Source: Spirochaetia bacterium
GTDB lineage: Bacteria > Spirochaetota > Spirochaetia > SZUA-6 > Bin103
Direction of reading: 5' to 3'
Assembly (NCBI GenBank): GCA_965208575.1
Contig: CBDBOV010000003.1
Location: 224,001-288,000 of the forward strand
DNA: 64,000 nt
Numbering within the stretch: the first letter of the stretch is position 1; each line of letters starts with the position of its first letter. This document shows positions 9,887 through 20,394 of this stretch, in pieces. The notes under the pieces are model-generated. The model saw nothing but the letters and a program-made list of their open reading frames with translations, was not told where the DNA came from and searched no databases. Position numbers and translations under genes: made by a program.

Positions 9887-11878
9887 ATGCTGCTTGCCGA
9901 ACCGCTTCCGGAGCGCATGCGCGCCTGGCAGATCAAGGGAACCGGCTTCGAACGCTTCGGATGCGGAGACGCCCCCGACGAGATTCCGTTTCCGCACCAC
10001 GGCGAGGACGACGTGGTGGCGCGCGTGGACGCGGTCGGCGTCTGTTTCTCCGACGCCAAGCTGGTGCGCGCGGGCTCCGGCCACGCCAGGCTGCGCGGCC
10101 GCGACCTGGCGGCGCGGCCGGTAACGCCGGGGCACGAGGTGGCGCTCACCGTGGTCGGGGTCGGGGAGCGGCGCCGCGGCCAGGTGCGGCTGGGCGGGCG
10201 CTACATCCTGCAGCCGGATGTCTACTACCGCGGACGTACGCTGGCGGTAGGCTACCAGCTCGCCGGCGCGCTGGCCGAGTACGTGGTGCTCGGCACGGAG
10301 GTGCTGGACGGTGACGAAGGCTGTTACCTGGTGGCGCTGCCCGACCAGGTGGGTACGGTCGAGGCCGCGCTGATCGAGCCCTGGACCTGCGTGGTGGCAG
10401 CCTACCGGATCGCCGCCCGCACCCATCTGCGCAGCGGTGGAACACTGCGCCTGACGGGATTCGCAGATCAGCCGCCGCTCGACCTTGCCGGCGTACCGTT
10501 CGGCGCGGTTCCGGAGCGGCTCGGCGTGCCGCTGCCGCCGCCCGAGCCGGATGCTCCGCCGCCGCGGCAGGTGGACGCCGGGGGGCTGAACCGCGCCAAC
10601 CGGGCGGCCGTCGGGGCGTGGTGCGCGCGACTGGGCATCCCGCTGGAGTGCCGGGACGAGCCTGTTCCGCGCGGCGCCGACGACGTGGTGATTGCCGGCA
10701 CGCCGCCCGGAGACCGGTGGATGGCGCGGTTGTTCGCGGACCTGCCGCGCCACGCCGTGGTCAGCGTGCACGTCGCCGACGCCGCCGGCGGCGAACGGCG
10801 CCGGCTGGCGTGCGACATCGGGCGCATCCACTACCAGGGCATTCGCGTGGTAGGGCGCGGCGACGGCAGCGTGGCGCAGGCATACGCGGGTGCGGCGCGC
10901 GAAGGCCTGGCGCCGGGCGGGCGGGCGTGGTTCGTGGGCGGCGGCGGCCCGATGGGCCAGATGCACGTGCTGCTCGCCCTGTCGCAGCCGCATCCGCCGG
11001 CAACGGTGCTGGTTACCGATCTGTCCGAGCGGCGGCTGGCTGCGCTCGGCGAGCGCATCGCGGCACTGGGCCTGCCCATGCCCCACCTGCTGCAGGTCGG
11101 CGGCGAGGGAGATTTCCTGCAACAGCGAGTGTCCGGCCTCGCCGGTGACGGGTTCGACGATGTCGTGCTGCTGGCACCTTCCGTCGCCGCGGCCGAACAG
11201 GCGGCGCCGTTCCTGCGTGCCGGCGGCTACCTGAACGTGTTTGCCGGCGTGGCGGAGGGCAGCGTGGCGCGCATCCCGCTGCACCTGGTCGCCGGCGGCG
11301 GCGTGCGCGTGGCGGGTACCACCGGGTCTCCGCTCGCGGTCACGCAGCAGACCCTGGCGCGGGTAGCGGACGGCACGCTGCACACCGCCTCCGTGCTTGG
11401 CGCCCTGGCCGACCTCGGTCACGGCGGCGCGGCGGTGCGGGCGGTGGCCGAGGGGCGCATCACCGGCAAGGTGGTGGTGCTGCCGTTTGCCCGCGGCCTC
11501 GGGTTCAGGACGCTGGACGAACTGGCCGCCGAGCGCCCGGAGTGGCGCCGCGCGCTGGGCAGTGGATGCCGCTGGACCTCCGCGGCAGAGGAGTTGTGCC
11601 GGGCCGCGTTCGGCTATGCCGGCGGGCCGGGCGGCACGTCCCGCGGCCGGTCGGGTGCATCGCCGGCGGCAGGCGGTGTCGTTCCCGGTTCGCCGGACGG
11701 CTCGTCCTGTTCCGGCGGTGCGTCACCGGCGGCCGGCGGAGCGGGATCGGCATCGGATGGCGCGGCGTCCGGTGCGCCGGGCGCGGACCCGGCGGTGGCC
11801 GGCTCGGCTCCGGGGATGGCCAACTCGGCCGGCCCGCCGCCCGTGCACCCGGGGGCGGGGCAGGAGCCTTCCTCGTAG
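9887..11878 (+). CDS. Zinc-binding (MDR) alcohol dehydrogenase-like protein, sorbose-1-P reductase-like
   Basis: GVCFSD, PGHE, EPWTCV, GGGGPMG; low-complexity C-terminal tail. Confidence 0.75.
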   Translation: MLLAEPLPERMRAWQIKGTGFERFGCGDAPDEIPFPHHGEDDVVARVDAVGVCFSDAKLVRAGSGHARLRGRDLAARPVTPGHEVALTVVGVGERRRGQVRLGGRYILQPDVYYRGRTLAVGYQLAGALAEYVVLGTEVLDGDEGCYLVALPDQVGTVEAALIEPWTCVVAAYRIAARTHLRSGGTLRLTGFADQPPLDLAGVPFGAVPERLGVPLPPPEPDAPPPRQVDAGGLNRANRAAVGAWCARLGIPLECRDEPVPRGADDVVIAGTPPGDRWMARLFADLPRHAVVSVHVADAAGGERRRLACDIGRIHYQGIRVVGRGDGSVAQAYAGAAREGLAPGGRAWFVGGGGPMGQMHVLLALSQPHPPATVLVTDLSERRLAALGERIAALGLPMPHLLQVGGEGDFLQQRVSGLAGDGFDDVVLLAPSVAAAEQAAPFLRAGGYLNVFAGVAEGSVARIPLHLVAGGGVRVAGTTGSPLAVTQQTLARVADGTLHTASVLGALADLGHGGAAVRAVAEGRITGKVVVLPFARGLGFRTLDELAAERPEWRRALGSGCRWTSAAEELCRAAFGYAGGPGGTSRGRSGASPAAGGVVPGSPDGSSCSGGASPAAGGAGSASDGAASGAPGADPAVAGSAPGMANSAGPPPVHPGAGQEPSS

Positions 11879-12225
11879 CGGGCGGTGGCGGCGGCGTCGA
11901 GACCGAAGGTGATGCGCACCGGCAGGCGGACGCCGCAGTACCGGCAATGGGTCGGGAATGCCGTGAGTTTCTTGCGCAGCAGGTAGACTACCCCCGCGGC
12001 CGCGACGAACGGCAGGACGCCGGTCCAGTCGGGCGCGCCGATACGTATCAGGAACAGCACCGCGATCCACATGCCGAGCACCATGCCGGCCCCCAGCATG
12101 GTGACGGTGCGGCGCGCGGCGCTCGGCGAGCCGGTACCGGGCCGGGTCAGGCCGCGCTGAAACTGGCTGAGCAGCAGTATGGCGATCAGTACGAAGGGCA
12201 GGTATTGAGAGAGCTTGGCAAGCAT
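11614..12225 (-). CDS. Hypothetical membrane protein with CxxC
   Basis: Three hydrophobic segments, HCRYCG, Pro/Ala-rich tail; AGGAGG RBS. Confidence 0.55.
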   Translation of the reverse strand: MLAKLSQYLPFVLIAILLLSQFQRGLTRPGTGSPSAARRTVTMLGAGMVLGMWIAVLFLIRIGAPDWTGVLPFVAAAGVVYLLRKKLTAFPTHCRYCGVRLPVRITFGLDAAATARYEEGSCPAPGCTGGGPAELAIPGAEPATAGSAPGAPDAAPSDADPAPPAAGDAPPEQDEPSGEPGTTPPAAGDAPDRPRDVPPGPPA

Positions 12226-12241
12226 CGGTAATCCTCCTGGT

Positions 12242-13789
12242 TCAACGCTCCATGAGCAGCCGCAGCGCGGCAGGTTTTGCGAACGTACGCTGCACGGCAG
12301 CGGGGTCGATGACGGGGTGTGGTGCGCCGTCCGCGGGCGGCGTCCGGCACGCTCCTCCGCAGGCCCGCAGCGGCGCGAGCAGCGCGGCGGCGCGCCGGGC
12401 GAACACCGCCTCGCCGAACGCCGCCTCGATCGCCGGGGCGCGGTCGGGAAGCGGCTGGTGCGGCAGCGCCCGCACGGTGTCGAGCAACGCGGCGTTGGCG
12501 CAGCGCAACTCGCGCGCCACTCCCTGGTCGCCGCAGCGCCGCAGCAGGTCGGCCTGTTGCGCGGCGCCGAGGTAGGAGAAGTCCACGGTGTCGCCCGACA
12601 GGATGGTGTCGAGTTCGGCGTGCAGGTGTTGGCCGGCGGCCGCCGGGAGCGAGCGCGCGGCGCGCTCCGCGGCCGGTTGGTAGGCGGCGCGCAGGGCGCT
12701 ACGCTCGCCGCTCGTCAGCGGACAGCGCACGGCATCGTAGACGGCAGCCGGGTAGCCGTCGAGCAGCGCCTGCAGGTCGTCGAGCACCGGCAGACGGCGG
12801 GCCAGCAGGGGACGCCGCCACTGCATGGCGTTGACGAACTGGAATCCGAACCCCTCTTCCACCGACGGCGAGACGACCAGGTGGGCCGCGGCCAGCAGGT
12901 CGTCGAAAGCCAGCCCGAGCGCGTCCAGCCGATCGCCGACGCCGTACAGGCCGGGGATGGCGCCGTCGCCGTACAGCCGTTCTACTGCGCGCGAATACGG
13001 GGTCTCGGCAGCGGATGAGGCGGGCAGGGTAACCACCAGGTTGGCGCCGGCGAGCCGTGCCAGCAGGCCCGCCTCCAGCACGTTCTTGCGGCGCCGCACC
13101 CGTACCGGGTAGAGCCACAGGGGCCGTCCGGAATCGAGCGTGCCGGTCCCGGCCGGGGGGCCGGCCGCGCCGGCCTCCGCCAACCTGGCGCGCGCCTCCC
13201 GCGCGGCTGCCGCGGCGGGCGCCGGAACCGGCGCGGCCGGCCGCACCGGGTTGCCGAGCAGCGCGATGCGTTCGTCCGGACAGCCGGCGCCGGCCAAAGC
13301 GCGATGGTCGCGCCGGTTCAGCACCGCGTAGCGCACGTTGTCGCCGCCGGGGTAGGGAGAAGCGGGCACCTCGTCCTGCAGGCGCGCCAGGTTCGCCGGC
13401 CGCGCGTTCTCCGGAAAGTCGTGGATCTGCAGAATCATCGGTTGGCCGGCGGCGGCGGCCAGCAGAACGGCTCCGGTAAGGCGCGTGTTCTTGGCCAGGT
13501 GATGGTTGTGGATCCACCACACACCGTCGCCGAAGCGGTTGCGGAGCAGGTCGGCGAGTTGCCGCTGCCCGGCGCAGGTAGCGGGCGCATCGTCGTACCC
13601 CACCGCGTCGAGGCGGCGCCGGTCGACCGGGGTGTCGAGCCCCCCGTCGTCCTCGCCGCCGGCGACCACCACCACGCGCGACAACTCCGGGATCAGGTGC
13701 CGATGGGCGAGCAGGGCGCGCGTGCCGTCGCGGATCACCGTGGTGACGCCGCCGGGCAGCAGGTGGTAGTGGAATACGTACAACTTCAA
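12242..13789 (-). CDS. Glycosyltransferase (GT-B/GT4-like)
   Basis: FHYHLLPGGVTTVI, HNHHLAKN, PVRVRRRKN, SVEEGFGFQF; start approximate. Confidence 0.72.
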   Translation of the reverse strand: MKLYVFHYHLLPGGVTTVIRDGTRALLAHRHLIPELSRVVVVAGGEDDGGLDTPVDRRRLDAVGYDDAPATCAGQRQLADLLRNRFGDGVWWIHNHHLAKNTRLTGAVLLAAAAGQPMILQIHDFPENARPANLARLQDEVPASPYPGGDNVRYAVLNRRDHRALAGAGCPDERIALLGNPVRPAAPVPAPAAAAAREARARLAEAGAAGPPAGTGTLDSGRPLWLYPVRVRRRKNVLEAGLLARLAGANLVVTLPASSAAETPYSRAVERLYGDGAIPGLYGVGDRLDALGLAFDDLLAAAHLVVSPSVEEGFGFQFVNAMQWRRPLLARRLPVLDDLQALLDGYPAAVYDAVRCPLTSGERSALRAAYQPAAERAARSLPAAAGQHLHAELDTILSGDTVDFSYLGAAQQADLLRRCGDQGVARELRCANAALLDTVRALPHQPLPDRAPAIEAAFGEAVFARRAAALLAPLRACGGACRTPPADGAPHPVIDPAAVQRTFAKPAALRLLMER

Positions 13790-13897
13790 CGGGCGCCCTC
13801 GCTCGCCTTGATGGTACCAGTTTCGCCGTGAACTCGCAGGCGGCGCAAGCTCGGCCACGGCGCGGCGTCCCGGGACGATCGAGGCGTGGCGGCTGTC

Positions 13898-15553
13898 CTA
13901 GTCGGACTCCGCTTCCTGCAACTTCTCGGCCTCTTTCTTGATTTCGTCCATCAACACGACCAGGTCGAGCAGGTTCTGGCTCTCGACGGTACCGACGAAG
14001 TCGCCCGATTCGCGGTCATTGATCGGCATCACGGCCAGCGAGTGTTCGTTCATCCGTTCCATCACGTCGACGATCAGCTCGTCGGACCATGCCGCGGGTA
14101 TCTTGGCCCGCAGCACCTCCGCCAGGGTCGTGGTCGCGCGCTTGTCCTTGGCGGTCGAACGGATCTTGCTCAGTGACACGATACCGGCCACCTTGCCGTC
14201 GTCGACCACCACGTAGTCGCGCTCCTTCGGCACCACCCAGTCGTCGGTGAAACTCTGTACCGTCACGTCCGGCGCCGGGTAGGCGCGGGTGCGGTCGAGA
14301 ACGGAACTCACCTTGACGTCGCCGAGCGCCGCGCGGACGTAGGAGAGCGGCACCGACTGCGGCAGCTCGGCGGTGCTGGTCAGGCGGGTTCGCTTGATCG
14401 CGAAGCCGATGATCGGCGGCATGAACAGGATGTAGCCGAACATGATGAGCACGAACAGCGAGAACACGTCCTGCCCGATCACCCCGAATTCGAGCAGGAC
14501 CAGGAGCAGCGCGATTTCGGCAACCCCCTTCGACATCAACCCGGTGGCGAGCGTGAACGGCGCCTCGATGCGGGTCAGGTAGGTGCTGAGGAACGCCCCC
14601 ACGAACTTGCCCACCAGCGGTATCACCGCCAGCGCGGCAATCGTGGCCAGCGGCAGGGCGGTGAAGGAGAGGTCGAACTGCAGGCCGGCCGAGGCGAAGA
14701 ACAGCGGCACGAACAGCCCTTCCGACGCACTGCGCATCCCCGGCATGATCTCCCAGTGGACGCGCTGCGGCAGTCCGGACAGCGCGACCCCGAACAACAG
14801 CGCCCCGATCGTGCCGTGCAGGCCGATCTTCTCGGCCCCCACCACGATCAGGAACAGCCCGCCGAGCAGCAGTCCGAACGACAGCTCGGGAACGTTCAGG
14901 AAGCGCTGCAGAAACAGGATCGCCGGCGGCAGCACCCGGGTGGACAGCACCCAGGTGATCACCACGAACCCGAAGATCTGCAGCAGCAGGGTGACCATCC
15001 CCATCAGGCTCGGTTCGTGGTGTTCGCCGATGGTGAACCCGACCACCAGCAGCGCGGCCACCTCGGCGATCGCCACGATGGTGAAGATCTTCAGGCCGAT
15101 CGGTTCCTTGAGGTGGCCGGAGTCGGCAAGCACCTTGGCCACCAGCCCGAGGCTCGACAGCGACAGGATGCCGGCCAGCGCCAGTGCCTCGGTGAAATGC
15201 AGGCCGAGCGCGAACGGGAGTCCGGCAAGATCGGAGGTGACCAGCATGGCGGCCGCCAGCGAGATGATCACCGACAGCACCGCGGCCACGAAGTAGCGCC
15301 CGCGGATGGTGGCGACGAACCCCTGAATGTCGATCTCGTCGAGACCGACCAGGAAGAACAGCACGAAGATGCCGAGCCCGAGGAACAACTGAATCTCGGG
15401 CGACGGCTGCACGATTCCGAGCACCGGTCCGAGGAGGAGGCCGGTCGCGGTGTAGGCGATGATGGAACTCAGCCCGAAGCGCCCGAGGAAGCCTTCGACC
15501 AGCTTCGCCACGACGATGAGAAGACCAAGTGGGAGCAGAACGTCCAGCAACAT
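13898..15553 (-). CDS. Cation:proton antiporter (CPA2) with C-terminal CBS domains
   Basis: Many TM helices, LFVPLFFASAG, GKFVG; C-terminal VVVDDGKVAGIVS CBS-like repeats. Confidence 0.85.
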   Translation of the reverse strand: MLLDVLLPLGLLIVVAKLVEGFLGRFGLSSIIAYTATGLLLGPVLGIVQPSPEIQLFLGLGIFVLFFLVGLDEIDIQGFVATIRGRYFVAAVLSVIISLAAAMLVTSDLAGLPFALGLHFTEALALAGILSLSSLGLVAKVLADSGHLKEPIGLKIFTIVAIAEVAALLVVGFTIGEHHEPSLMGMVTLLLQIFGFVVITWVLSTRVLPPAILFLQRFLNVPELSFGLLLGGLFLIVVGAEKIGLHGTIGALLFGVALSGLPQRVHWEIMPGMRSASEGLFVPLFFASAGLQFDLSFTALPLATIAALAVIPLVGKFVGAFLSTYLTRIEAPFTLATGLMSKGVAEIALLLVLLEFGVIGQDVFSLFVLIMFGYILFMPPIIGFAIKRTRLTSTAELPQSVPLSYVRAALGDVKVSSVLDRTRAYPAPDVTVQSFTDDWVVPKERDYVVVDDGKVAGIVSLSKIRSTAKDKRATTTLAEVLRAKIPAAWSDELIVDVMERMNEHSLAVMPINDRESGDFVGTVESQNLLDLVVLMDEIKKEAEKLQEAESD

Positions 15554-15656
15554 GTTATGGAAACCTTATCCGTCTATCGAGCATTGCGATACTGAATCCT
15601 ATTATGCCCAGACTGCACGCGGCGTCCAGTTATCGTCCGAACCGCTTGCCGGGGTG

Positions 15657-17411
15657 CTACGGCCGGTCGCCCGGCAGCGGCCAGGTCAGCACCGGCCGGC
15701 GCGCCGCCGTCGCTTCGTCGAGGCGTCCGATGGGCGTGGAGTGCGGTGCGGCGCGGACCAGTTCGGGCGTGGCGGCGGCCTCGGCGAGAATGGCGCGCAG
15801 CGCGGCGATGAAGTGATCGAGGGTGTGCTTGGACTCGGTCTCGGTCGGTTCCACCATCAGCGCCTCCGGAACGATGAGCGGGAAGTAGATGGTGGGCGGG
15901 TGAATGCCGTAGTCGATGAGCCGCTTGGCGATGTCGAGCGTACGGACGCCATGATCCTTCGCCACCCGGCGTGCGCTGAACACCGCCTCGTGCTTGCAGA
16001 TGCGCGGGTACGGCAGCTCCAGGTCGCCGGCGAGAGCGGCGCGCAGGTAATTGGCATTCAACACGGCCAGCCGGCTCATCTCGGCGAGGCCGTCGCCGCC
16101 GAGTGAGCGCAGGTATGCGTAACCGCGCACCGCGTTGTTGAAGTTGCCGTAGAAGGCACGCACGCGGCCGATCGAGCGCGGGCGCCGGTAGTTGTGGCGG
16201 TAGCGGTCGCCGTCGCGGCATACCACCGGCGGCGGCAGAAACGGGGCCAGCTCGGCGGTGACCGCGGTGGCCCCGGCGCCGGGACCGCCGCCGCCGTGCG
16301 GCACGCTGAAGGTCTTGTGCAGGTTGAAGTGCAGAATGTCGGTGCCCAGGTCGCCGGGGCGCGCGACGCCGACCATGGCGTTCATGTTGGCGCCGTCCAT
16401 GTACACCAGCCCGCCGGCCTCGTGCACCGCCGCGGCGATGTCGGTGATGCCCTCCACGAACAGGCCGAGCGTGTTGGGATTGGTGATCATCAGCCCGGCG
16501 ACGTCGTCGCCGAGCGCGTCCTGCAGCGCTGCGAAGTCGAGGCTGCCGTCCTTGCCGGTTGGCACGGTGCGCGCCCGGTAGCCGGCCATGGCGGCGGTGG
16601 CGGGGTTGGTGCCGTGCGCCGAGTCGGGCACCAGCATCGTGGTGCGTTGCCGGCCCGCCGCCTCGTGGTAGGCGCGGATGATCAGCGCGCCGGTCAGCTC
16701 GCCGTGCGCCCCGGCCGAGGGCTGCAGGGATACGGCGGGCAACCCGGCGATCTCGCCGAGCCACTCCTGCAGTTCCCAGAGCAGGCGCAGTGCGCCCTGC
16801 ACCGTTGCCTCGTCCTGGTAGGGGTGGATGGCGGCCAGCCCCGGCAGGTCGGCGACCCGGTCGTTGATCTTCGGGTTGTACTTCATGGTGCACGAGCCGA
16901 GCGGGTAGAAGCCCTGGTCGACCGAGAAATTGCGCCGCGAAGTGTTGGTGAAGTGGCGCACCACCTCCGGCTCCGACAGTTCCGGCAGGGGCAGCCCGGT
17001 GCGCAGCAGCTCGTCCGGCAGCGGCGCGCTGCGCGGTACGTCGAGCGGTGCGAGCTGGACGCCGTTGCGCCCCGGCACCGACTGCTCGAACAGCAGCGGC
17101 GGCGCGGGCAGCAGCCCGGTGTCGACCGGCGCGGCCACGGTCGACGGTGCCGTGCCTGGGAATGGCGTCCGGGCGGCGTCCCGCGTTCCGGCTCCCGCTC
17201 CGCGGCCGGTCTCTGACGACCGCGCGTAGTCCGGCGATGCGCGTGGCGAAGGGGTCCCGGCCGCGGGCGGCGCGCCGGCTTCGGCGCCGCTGGAGGCATC
17301 CGCCGACCGTGCGCTGCCGGGCGTTGCGCCAGGCGGTGGCGCAACCTCGTTGCCCGGCAGCCCCGCTCCGGCGTCTCCTCCGTCCGCGCGGCGGAGTTGC
17401 GCGGCGCTCAT
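15657..17411 (-). CDS. gcvPB: Glycine dehydrogenase subunit 2
   Basis: YPLGSCTMKYNP, SAHGTNPA, HFNLHKTF; ATG overlaps gcvPA stop (start uncertain). Confidence 0.93.
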   Translation of the reverse strand: MSAAQLRRADGGDAGAGLPGNEVAPPPGATPGSARSADASSGAEAGAPPAAGTPSPRASPDYARSSETGRGAGAGTRDAARTPFPGTAPSTVAAPVDTGLLPAPPLLFEQSVPGRNGVQLAPLDVPRSAPLPDELLRTGLPLPELSEPEVVRHFTNTSRRNFSVDQGFYPLGSCTMKYNPKINDRVADLPGLAAIHPYQDEATVQGALRLLWELQEWLGEIAGLPAVSLQPSAGAHGELTGALIIRAYHEAAGRQRTTMLVPDSAHGTNPATAAMAGYRARTVPTGKDGSLDFAALQDALGDDVAGLMITNPNTLGLFVEGITDIAAAVHEAGGLVYMDGANMNAMVGVARPGDLGTDILHFNLHKTFSVPHGGGGPGAGATAVTAELAPFLPPPVVCRDGDRYRHNYRRPRSIGRVRAFYGNFNNAVRGYAYLRSLGGDGLAEMSRLAVLNANYLRAALAGDLELPYPRICKHEAVFSARRVAKDHGVRTLDIAKRLIDYGIHPPTIYFPLIVPEALMVEPTETESKHTLDHFIAALRAILAEAAATPELVRAAPHSTPIGRLDEATAARRPVLTWPLPGDRP

Positions 17412-18751
17412 GAAGCGACCGCCTCTACCAGCCGGTCGATGGCGGCGCGGGAATTGAGCTCGGTGGCGGTCAGCAGCCAGCAGCCCTCCAGGCCCAGGTC
17501 GAAGCGGCCCAGGTCGAGGCCGCCGATGATGCCCTCCCGTTCCCACAGCCGGCGGTTCAGTTGCGCCGGAGGCAGCGGCGGGCGCACCACGAACTCGCGG
17601 AAGAAGGGCGCGGTAAACGGGCGGTCGATGCCGGGAAGCTCGGCGAGCCGGGCGGCCAGGTGATGACTGCGGTGGTAGCATTGGTCGGCCACCTCGCGCA
17701 GTCCCGCCGGCCCGAGCGCCGCCAGGTAGATGGTCACCGCGGTGGCGATCAGCGCCTCGTTGGTACAGATGTTGCTAGTCGCCTTCTCGCGGCGAATGTC
17801 CTGCTCGCGCGGTTTCAGGGTGAGCACGAACCCGCGCCGGCCGTCAGCGTCCTGGGCCAGCCCGGCCAGGCGGCCGGGCATCTGCCGGACGTTGCGCATC
17901 GAGGTGGCGAGCAGGCCGACGTAGGGGCCGCCGTAGAACAGCGGCAGGCCGAGCGGCTGCCCCTCGGCGGTGGCGATGTCGGCGCCCAGTTCCCCCGGCG
18001 GGCGCAGCATCGCCTGGGCGACCGGGTCGGCGGACACCACCGACAGCGCGCCGCCGGCGTGGGCCACCTCGCTGAGTTCCGCGACCGGCTCGATCGCGCC
18101 GAGGAAATTGGGGTATTGCACCAGCACGGCGGCGGTCTCGGAGTCGATGGCCGCGGCAACCGCCTGCGGCTCGGTGCGCCCGGTGGTACGGTCGAACGGG
18201 ATGGTGACGATGCGCAGGCCGATACCCGACAGGTAGGTGGCCAGCACCTCGCGGAACTCCGGATGGACCGCCTCGCTCACGGCGATGGTACCGCGCCCGC
18301 GGCGCAGCCGCGCCGCCATCAGCGCCGCCTCGGCGAGCGCTGTGGAGCCGTCGTACATCGACGCGTTGGCCACCTCCATGCCGAACAGCCGGGCAATCAT
18401 GGTCTGGAACTCGAAGATGGTCTGCAGCGTGCCCTGGCTCACCTCCGGCTGGTAGGGGGTGTAGGCGGTGTAGAATTCGCTGCGGAACAGCAGGTGCGGG
18501 ATCAGCGCCGGCGTGTAGTGGTGGTAGGCGCCGGCGCCGAGGAAGCAACTGTGGGTGTCCGTGGAGCCGTTGCGCCCGGCCAGGTCGCGAAACAGCGCGG
18601 CCACCTCCTGCTCGCTGAGCCCGTCCGGCAGGTCGAGGCGCGGGAAGCGGTGCTCGCGCGGGACGTCGGCGAACAGCTCATCGATCGAGTAGACGCCGAT
18701 GGCGTCCAGCATGGCGGCGATCTCCGCCTCGGTGTGGGGGGTGTAGCGCAC
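17408..18751 (-). CDS. gcvPA: Glycine dehydrogenase subunit 1
   Basis: FYTAYTPYQPEVSQG, ANASMYDG, REQDIRREKATSNICTN. Confidence 0.95.
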   Translation of the reverse strand: MRYTPHTEAEIAAMLDAIGVYSIDELFADVPREHRFPRLDLPDGLSEQEVAALFRDLAGRNGSTDTHSCFLGAGAYHHYTPALIPHLLFRSEFYTAYTPYQPEVSQGTLQTIFEFQTMIARLFGMEVANASMYDGSTALAEAALMAARLRRGRGTIAVSEAVHPEFREVLATYLSGIGLRIVTIPFDRTTGRTEPQAVAAAIDSETAAVLVQYPNFLGAIEPVAELSEVAHAGGALSVVSADPVAQAMLRPPGELGADIATAEGQPLGLPLFYGGPYVGLLATSMRNVRQMPGRLAGLAQDADGRRGFVLTLKPREQDIRREKATSNICTNEALIATAVTIYLAALGPAGLREVADQCYHRSHHLAARLAELPGIDRPFTAPFFREFVVRPPLPPAQLNRRLWEREGIIGGLDLGRFDLGLEGCWLLTATELNSRAAIDRLVEAVAS

Positions 18752-18763
18752 CGCCGTCTCGGG

Positions 18764-19144
18764 TCAGGGCAGCAGTGCGCCGTAGGCCGTAGCGTCGAGC
18801 AGGGCGGCCTGTTCGTCGGCGAACCGGCTCGGACGCACCTTGATCAGCCAGCCGCCGTCGTAGGGCGACTCGTTGACCCGTTGCGGCGCCGCTTCCAGGT
18901 CGCCGTTCACCGCCGTTACCTCGCCGCTGATCGGCGCATACAGGTCGCTGGCCGCCTTGACGCTCTCGATTACGCCGAACGACTCGCCTTGCACGATCGC
19001 GCTGCCGGCCTCCGGCAACTCGAGGTACACCACGTCGCCGAGCTCGCCCTGGGCATGGTCGGTTATGCCGATGACCGCGAGTTCGCCATCCTGGCGCAGC
19101 CACTCGTGCTCCGCGGTGTAGCGCAGCTCCTCGGGAATGCTCAC
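18764..19144 (-). CDS. gcvH: Glycine cleavage system H protein
   Basis: YTAEHEW, GITDHAQGELGDVV, lipoyl motif IESVKAASD. Confidence 0.95.
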   Translation of the reverse strand: MSIPEELRYTAEHEWLRQDGELAVIGITDHAQGELGDVVYLELPEAGSAIVQGESFGVIESVKAASDLYAPISGEVTAVNGDLEAAPQRVNESPYDGGWLIKVRPSRFADEQAALLDATAYGALLP

Positions 19145-19216
19145 TTCACTTGCTCCTGGTCCGATAGTGTCGGTCTGCAGGCACTGCCTGCGCATCGAAT
19201 TCCATCGTCTTCTGTT

Positions 19217-20317
19217 TCACGGAGTGACGGCGCTCCTCTTGTAGAAGGGTCGCGCCACCACGGTGGCGGCCTGTGCACGCCCGCGTACCAGGACGGCCAG
19301 TGCGCTGCCCCTGGTGGCATGCTCGCGCGCGACCAGCGCCATGGCAAGGCTGCGTTCCAGCCACGGTCCATAGCTGCCGCTGGTGACCGTCCCGATCTCG
19401 GTGCCGCCGTTGGTGGTGACCCTGAACCCCTGGCGGGCGATGGCGCGGCCGGCGAGGTGCAGGTGCACCAGCCGGCGCGGAACGCCGGCGGCGCGCTGCC
19501 GGGCGATCGCCGCTGCACCGACGTAGCCGTCGCCGCGCGACACGAACCGGCCGAGGCCCACCTCCAGCGGCGACACCCCGCGGGTCAACTCGTGGCCGTA
19601 CAGCGGCATGCTCGCCTCCAGCCGTAGCGTGTCGCGAGCGCCCAGCCCCGCGGCCTGCAACCCCGACGCCGCGCCCGCCTCCAGCAGCGCGTTCCAGAGC
19701 GTCTCGGCGTACTCGGCGGCGACGAACAGCTCGAAGCCGTCCTCGCCGGTGTAGCCGGTACGCGCCAACAGCACCGCGTGGCCGGCCACGCGGTCAGTCC
19801 GGCAGCGGTAGTTGCCGATGGAGGCGACGTCGCCATCCGCAAGTTGCGCCACGATGTCCAGCGCGCGGGGGCCCTGCACGGCAAGCAAAGCGAGCTCGGC
19901 GCTGCGGTCCACCAGCTCGACCCCGGCGCTGCCGGCGGAATCGGCGCGCGCATGGTCGTGCACGGCGTCGGTATTGGACGCGTTGACCACCAGCCGGTAG
20001 TGGCGGTCGGCGAGCCGGTATACGATCACGTCGTCGATGATGCCGGCGGCCTCGTTCAGGACCAGCGAATAGCGCGCCTGCCCCACCGCGATGCGGTCCA
20101 CGTCCGCGCACGTGAGGCGAGCCACCGCGGCGGCGGCGCCGGTGCCGCGCAGGTCAAGCTCGCCCATGTGGCTGACGTCGAACAGGCCGGCGGCGCTGCG
20201 CACGGCGCGGTGCTCGGCGACGATGCCGGTGTACTGCACCGGCATCTCCCAGCCCGCGAACGGCACCAGGCGTGCCCCCAGGCGCTGGTGAACCGAGTGC
20301 AGCGGCGTGCGGCGCAT
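19217..20317 (-). CDS. gcvT: Glycine cleavage system aminomethyltransferase
   Basis: FAGWEMPVQY, FDVSHMG, RTGYTGEDGFE, GLGARDTLRLEA. Confidence 0.95.
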   Translation of the reverse strand: MRRTPLHSVHQRLGARLVPFAGWEMPVQYTGIVAEHRAVRSAAGLFDVSHMGELDLRGTGAAAAVARLTCADVDRIAVGQARYSLVLNEAAGIIDDVIVYRLADRHYRLVVNASNTDAVHDHARADSAGSAGVELVDRSAELALLAVQGPRALDIVAQLADGDVASIGNYRCRTDRVAGHAVLLARTGYTGEDGFELFVAAEYAETLWNALLEAGAASGLQAAGLGARDTLRLEASMPLYGHELTRGVSPLEVGLGRFVSRGDGYVGAAAIARQRAAGVPRRLVHLHLAGRAIARQGFRVTTNGGTEIGTVTSGSYGPWLERSLAMALVAREHATRGSALAVLVRGRAQAATVVARPFYKRSAVTP

Positions 20318-20394
20318 ACCACCATGATACCGATCCTGCCGGCACAATTCAGCCGCCCGCGGGCCGCTTCCAAGCGCACCTGTATGGCGACCGG

